Source of the DNA: an uncultured virus (IMG/VR IMGVR_UViG_3300027782_000067) | Lineage: Duplodnaviria; Heunggongvirae; Uroviricota; Caudoviricetes | IMG/VR virus record: IMGVR_UViG_3300027782_000067 | Length of the DNA stretch: 20,000 bases | Reading direction: 5' to 3' (one strand) | Part shown: positions 16,485 through 20,000 of the stretch, piece by piece | How the letters are laid out: each line of letters starts with the position of its first letter | How positions within the stretch are numbered: position 1 is the first letter of the stretch | The notes under the pieces: generated by a model | What the model saw: the letters and a program-made list of their open reading frames with translations, nothing else | Database searches by the model: none | What the model was told of the DNA's origin: nothing | Program-made: the position numbers and the translations under genes

Positions 16485-16907
16485 TTACAAAGATAAATGT
16501 TTTTTTGCGTTTTCTAAAAATTTCTCAATATTTTCTTTTCCTGCAGGATTTGCCGAATGAACCAAATATTTTGGTAATGGTACGTTCTTGTTTACACAAT
16601 ACTCAACAAGGAACTTTGCACAATCAAGTCCAGTTTTTTCCATAGAACCAAATTTCATATTCATTTCATCTTCAGACATACCTTCATAATCTTCAGGTTT
16701 AAAGTCGTAGTGAAAATCAGCCAGGTCGTGGTCAAATGAAACAAACTCCGGAACACCGTTATCTTCAAGGTACTGAACAAAATTATCGTAGTTTGTTACT
16801 ATATCCCAATCATTCTCCCAATAAAATTTATTGAATTCTGATGGTATTAATCTTATTGCGTCTTTTGGAATTCTGATATCATCCAAAAATAATTTATTAT
16901 TTTTCAT
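16485..16907 (-). CDS. cyclic-phosphate-processing receiver-like domain protein (140 aa)
   Basis: KLFLDDIRIP, VSFDHDL, TGLDCAKFL, VHSANPAG match the stand-alone receiver-like family linked to RNA repair. Confidence 0.8.
   Translation of the reverse strand: MKNNKLFLDDIRIPKDAIRLIPSEFNKFYWENDWDIVTNYDNFVQYLEDNGVPEFVSFDHDLADFHYDFKPEDYEGMSEDEMNMKFGSMEKTGLDCAKFLVEYCVNKNVPLPKYLVHSANPAGKENIEKFLENAKKHLSL
16488..16495 (-). promoter_or_regulatory. Bacteroidota -7 element (TATCTTTG) embedded in the upstream gene's last codons, 4 nt before the ATG
   Basis: caaagata at 16488-16495; -33 element not clear. Confidence 0.5.
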
Positions 16908-17344
16908 CTTTTAATTTTTTTTAATTGTTGTTCAAACTCTTTTCTGAGAATATCCACTTCATCTGTTAGGTAATCTTTACTATCTAACCATTCAAATACT
17001 TCAATCTGTGCCTTTAACTTTTCAGTTTGTAACCACTTCGCCTTTTTAACATACTTTCGTATGAGTTTGAATATTTCTTCAATATCTGTAAATTCAGATA
17101 CGGGACTATCGTTTCTACCAGGAAGAAATATCAAGGTAAACCCATGATTTGCAAGAAATGTTTCAGTAACCCTCACACCACAAATCTCATCAATATAAAC
17201 CCAAGGAAAGTTTCCTGATAGTTTTACATCAATACCAATTTTTTTTAATCTCTCAACAAACCTTGTGATTTTATTGCCAGTTAGTTTTGTACTACTCTCT
17301 GTTTCCATTTTTATATATGTCCCAAATTTAGTTTTTACTTCCAT
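16904..17344 (-). CDS. hypothetical protein (146 aa)
   Basis: ATGA overlap; GNFPWVYID..NHGFT segment. Confidence 0.7.
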   Translation of the reverse strand: MEVKTKFGTYIKMETESSTKLTGNKITRFVERLKKIGIDVKLSGNFPWVYIDEICGVRVTETFLANHGFTLIFLPGRNDSPVSEFTDIEEIFKLIRKYVKKAKWLQTEKLKAQIEVFEWLDSKDYLTDEVDILRKEFEQQLKKIKR

Positions 17345-17501
17345 AACATTCTAATTTTTTATCTTTAACATTCCACAAATCTTTTTTTCCTTCTGTCATA
17401 TGACAATTGTGTTTCTTACCGGTTCTCTCAGCAAAATCAACAATAGTATCGTTGTGACGATTACGAATGAAGTGTGGGCATTCTTTACAGGGTTTTTTCA
17501 T
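17328..17501 (-). CDS. small Cys/His-rich putative metal-binding protein (57 aa, MKKPCKECPHFIRNRHNDTIVDFAERTGKKHNCHMTEGKKDLWNVKDKKLECYGSKN), not in ORF track
   Basis: Translated by hand; PCxxCP...CH...CxG; ATG abuts the upstream TAA. Confidence 0.7.
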   Translation of the reverse strand: MKKPCKECPHFIRNRHNDTIVDFAERTGKKHNCHMTEGKKDLWNVKDKKLECYGSKN

Positions 17502-17738
17502 TTAACAATAAATTTTATAAATTAAAAACCCCTCAATATCTCTAAGAATTTGATTAATACCGTTTTTGGGTGAATCCAAATATAAAAAACCACCACCATT
17601 TTTAATGGTAACAATTTTTCCGTTTGATAGGTATATCCTTTTTTTTGTTTTTTTGGTAACAACAATATCATTATAACCTTCACCAACGTTCAAGGATAAT
17701 AAAAACTTCTCGGAATCTCTAAAATCTGTCATATTCAT
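17502..17738 (-). CDS. hypothetical protein (78 aa)
   Basis: First gene after the terminator and promoter. Confidence 0.7.
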   Translation of the reverse strand: MNMTDFRDSEKFLLSLNVGEGYNDIVVTKKTKKRIYLSNGKIVTIKNGGGFLYLDSPKNGINQILRDIEGFLIYKIYC

Positions 17739-17742
17739 ACCA

Positions 17743-17774
17743 CAAAGATATAAAAGTTTTTTTAATAAAACAAA
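17743..17774 (-). promoter_or_regulatory. Bacteroidota-type promoter (TTTG-N20-TATCTTTG), 4 nt before the ATG
   Basis: caaagata at 17743-17750 and caaa at 17771-17774. Confidence 0.8.
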
Positions 17775-17799
17775 AAATCCCTCCGTAAAGAAGGGATTT
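17772..17799 (-). terminator. rho-independent terminator after the T9SS-cargo gene
   Basis: Minus strand AAATCCCTTC-TTTAC-GGAGGGATTT-TTT (10-bp stem with one G-U pair); its T-tract overlaps the -33 box of the next promoter. Confidence 0.8.
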
Positions 17800-17833
17800 A
17801 ATTTATTTTTATATCAAAAATATTAATATTTTT

Positions 17834-20000
17834 TTATTTAATTATTTGTTTTATTACTTGTGTTGAAAAATTTCCATTACTTACCTGAATATAATAGATT
17901 CCATCTACTATATTTAAATCACCAATATTATATAAATTAATCCCTGAAACAATATTAATTTCTTTATTAAAAATTTCAGATCCTTTTGTATCTTTAATTA
18001 TTAGTTTTCCATTACCAATCATATTTTTATTGTTTAACACAACTTGAAAATCTCCAGAACTAGGATTTGGAAATATGAGAAAATAACCTTTTGAATTTCC
18101 ATTACAAATAACATTTATTGGTCCATACTCTTTATTCACTCCGTCTATGTCATATTGAAGAAGTTTATAATAGTTATTTCCATCAATTGCGTTTTCATCT
18201 TTTGTCGTGTAGGTTAACTCTTGAGTTGAGTTTCCTGCCGAATTCAAAGTTGTTAATTTAGACCAATTAATACCATCTCTTGATTTAAGAACATCAAAAT
18301 AGTCAGAGTTATGTTCGGTTGCCGTTTTCCAATTTAAAGTAATTAAGTTGTTATTACAAGACCCATCAAAAGATAATAGTTCCACAGGAAGAGCACCATT
18401 AGTAATAATATTAAAAAATCTGGTTTGAGTTCCACAATTTGAAGCGTTTGATACCGTAACCCTAACAGAACCATTAGTTGTTGTCTGTGGCCAAGTAAAT
18501 GTAATTGATGGAGAGTTAGAATTTGGAACGTTTATCCAAAGTTGTGCGGTTACGGACTGTGTGTATGCCCATTGGTATGTTGCGTTTGCTACCGGTGTTA
18601 TTGAATAACTTTCTTGTGTTCCGGCAATTATGGTATTATTACCAGATATTGTAGACACAAAACCAACAGAAGGATTTACGGTTATTGTTGTTGAAGTTGA
18701 TGCCGAACATCCATTTGCCGTTGCGGTTAATTGATAGGTCTGTGTAGTCGTAGGAGAAGCAAATGGACTTGGAGCACTTGCATTTGTAAGTCCGTTTGAA
18801 GGTGTCCATAGATATGTTACACCGGGAGAAGACCCACAAGATGATATTGATTGTGTTATGCTCTGTCCACCAACTAAACTTCCACTTAGGACCGTTGTTC
18901 CGTTACAAGTTACCAAATAATTTGCCGTGTTGTCATTCCATATTCCTTGAGTTTCCACATTAAATGTATATGGGCCATTTGCCGATGAACCGATTGGAAT
19001 TATATTTGTTGACCCTAAACCATAAGGTCCACCTGAACCAATTACAGCCCCTAAACTATTTGTTAAAGTCCAAGAACTTTCGTCTAAGAATCCACTGGTG
19101 GAGATGGTTACAACAAGATTTCCTGGTGATGACACTCCACTAATGTTAGATATCAATTGGGTATTTGATCCGTTACATATTGTATTGGTTGCCGCACTTA
19201 TAGTTACAGTGGGATTAGGGTTAACTGTTATTGTTGTTGAAGCGCACCCACTACTAAAAAGACCTCCGTTTAGATTTCTCGCATAGTATGTAGTGGTTGA
19301 TGCAGGACTTACCGAGATGGAATTTCCAGTTGACACGAAAGTGGATGCACAACCTCCTATATACCAATAAACCACACCCAAAGCGCCATTTGCGGTTAGA
19401 GTGGTAGATGATCCATTACAAATAGTATTTTGTGTCGCAGATATTGATGTTGGGTCTGCTGGCGGGGGAGATATACAAGTTAGACCAATAGAAAAACTAC
19501 TACTTGCGCTATACCCATGAACTAATATATAGTAATTTGTTCCAATTGACGAAGTCCATGAAAATGAGGCTGATGAACTAGAACAAGCGGGCCCAAAATC
19601 ATCATTACCTCCAACACATGATAATGTTGAGCAATTAGGACCACTAAATACAGACATTTTACTATCCCATGCCGTTGCACAAAGATTTGCGGTCATAATT
19701 TGTCCGTTTCCTGAAATAACATACCAAACACCGGGTTGTGTTTGACTAACAGAACATAAACCATTTTCACCCGTTCCAGAGTTAGTTGCATTTACGGTGG
19801 TTCCTGATAGTGTTTGACCACAAGTAATTGGAGTTGAGTTACATACTAAATCGTTGGATGGGGGTGGTGGTGGTGCACAAGTTAGACAAGTAATATAAGA
19901 TGTTCCACAACTTGAAGCAGTTCCACAAGTGTTATTTGTGTTGTAATGAACAAAATATGTTCCTGAGGACGGACAAACCCAATTTAGTGGAGAGTTTCCA
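17834..20000 (-). CDS. large extracellular protein with T9SS type A C-terminal sorting domain; 5'-truncated by the window (>721 aa)
   Basis: Frame stays open from 19696 to the window end (GNSPLNWVCPSSGTYFVHY...CAPPPPPSNDLVC...PGVWY...). Ser/Thr/Gly/Cys-rich Ig-like repeats, LPVELLSF..WKTATEHNSDYF..YYKL.QYDIDG domain, CTD IFPNPS...GIYYIQV...KQIIK. Confidence 0.92.
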   Translation of the reverse strand, partial: GNSPLNWVCPSSGTYFVHYNTNNTCGTASSCGTSYITCLTCAPPPPPSNDLVCNSTPITCGQTLSGTTVNATNSGTGENGLCSVSQTQPGVWYVISGNGQIMTANLCATAWDSKMSVFSGPNCSTLSCVGGNDDFGPACSSSSASFSWTSSIGTNYYILVHGYSASSSFSIGLTCISPPPADPTSISATQNTICNGSSTTLTANGALGVVYWYIGGCASTFVSTGNSISVSPASTTTYYARNLNGGLFSSGCASTTITVNPNPTVTISAATNTICNGSNTQLISNISGVSSPGNLVVTISTSGFLDESSWTLTNSLGAVIGSGGPYGLGSTNIIPIGSSANGPYTFNVETQGIWNDNTANYLVTCNGTTVLSGSLVGGQSITQSISSCGSSPGVTYLWTPSNGLTNASAPSPFASPTTTQTYQLTATANGCSASTSTTITVNPSVGFVSTISGNNTIIAGTQESYSITPVANATYQWAYTQSVTAQLWINVPNSNSPSITFTWPQTTTNGSVRVTVSNASNCGTQTRFFNIITNGALPVELLSFDGSCNNNLITLNWKTATEHNSDYFDVLKSRDGINWSKLTTLNSAGNSTQELTYTTKDENAIDGNNYYKLLQYDIDGVNKEYGPINVICNGNSKGYFLIFPNPSSGDFQVVLNNKNMIGNGKLIIKDTKGSEIFNKEINIVSGINLYNIGDLNIVDGIYYIQVSNGNFSTQVIKQIIK

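Noticed and set aside
787..19286. All plus-strand ORFs in the track (787, 1835, 2380, 10062, 11227, 11516, 12616, 12782, 14033, 14360, 19098)
   Set aside because: Short antisense shadows of well-supported minus-strand genes, with no motifs
1..20000. Stop-codon reassignment, as in some large Bacteroidota phages
   Set aside because: Conserved genes are intact under code 11; TAA and TGA stops tile tightly, and one TAG stop (7476) overlaps the next gene normally
18380..20000. Visibly higher GC in the T9SS gene as a sign of a prophage boundary
   Set aside because: Explained by Gly/Ser/Thr/Ala/Pro-rich composition; no att site, integrase or tRNA seen
1..20000. CRISPR array, tRNA/rRNA, IS elements or long DNA repeats
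   Set aside because: None seen by eye; intergenic gaps are under about 100 nt and mostly explained by promoters and terminators

Overview
This AT-rich, gene-dense 20 kb window has about 45 credible CDSs, all on the minus strand. Many are short hypotheticals joined by overlapping start and stop codons, and they have no evident Shine-Dalgarno motifs. This layout fits a large or jumbo dsDNA phage, most likely of a Bacteroidota host; that is inference, as no virion genes lie in the window. Host evidence: repeated TTTG-N19/20-TAnnTTTG (-33/-7) promoters, a Bacteroidota-like type II glutamine synthetase and a T9SS-sorted protein. Recognisable genes: thymidylate synthase with large inserts, GSII, a compact UvrC lacking the C-terminal HhH domain, three HAD-superfamily proteins, a DRB0094/Rnl2-type RNA ligase, a cyclic-phosphate-processing receiver-like protein, two lipoproteins, an SMR/DMT-like membrane protein, several Zn-finger proteins, and a >721 aa T9SS type A cargo protein that runs off the window end. 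Most notable: (1) a dispersed heal-and-seal RNA repair toolkit; (2) host-type promoters 4-5 nt from the ATG, implying leaderless mRNAs; (3) a T9SS cargo protein in phage-like context; (4) a minimal two-nuclease UvrC; (5) a duplicated insert module in ThyA. Family assignments come from motif recognition by eye, not database searches.
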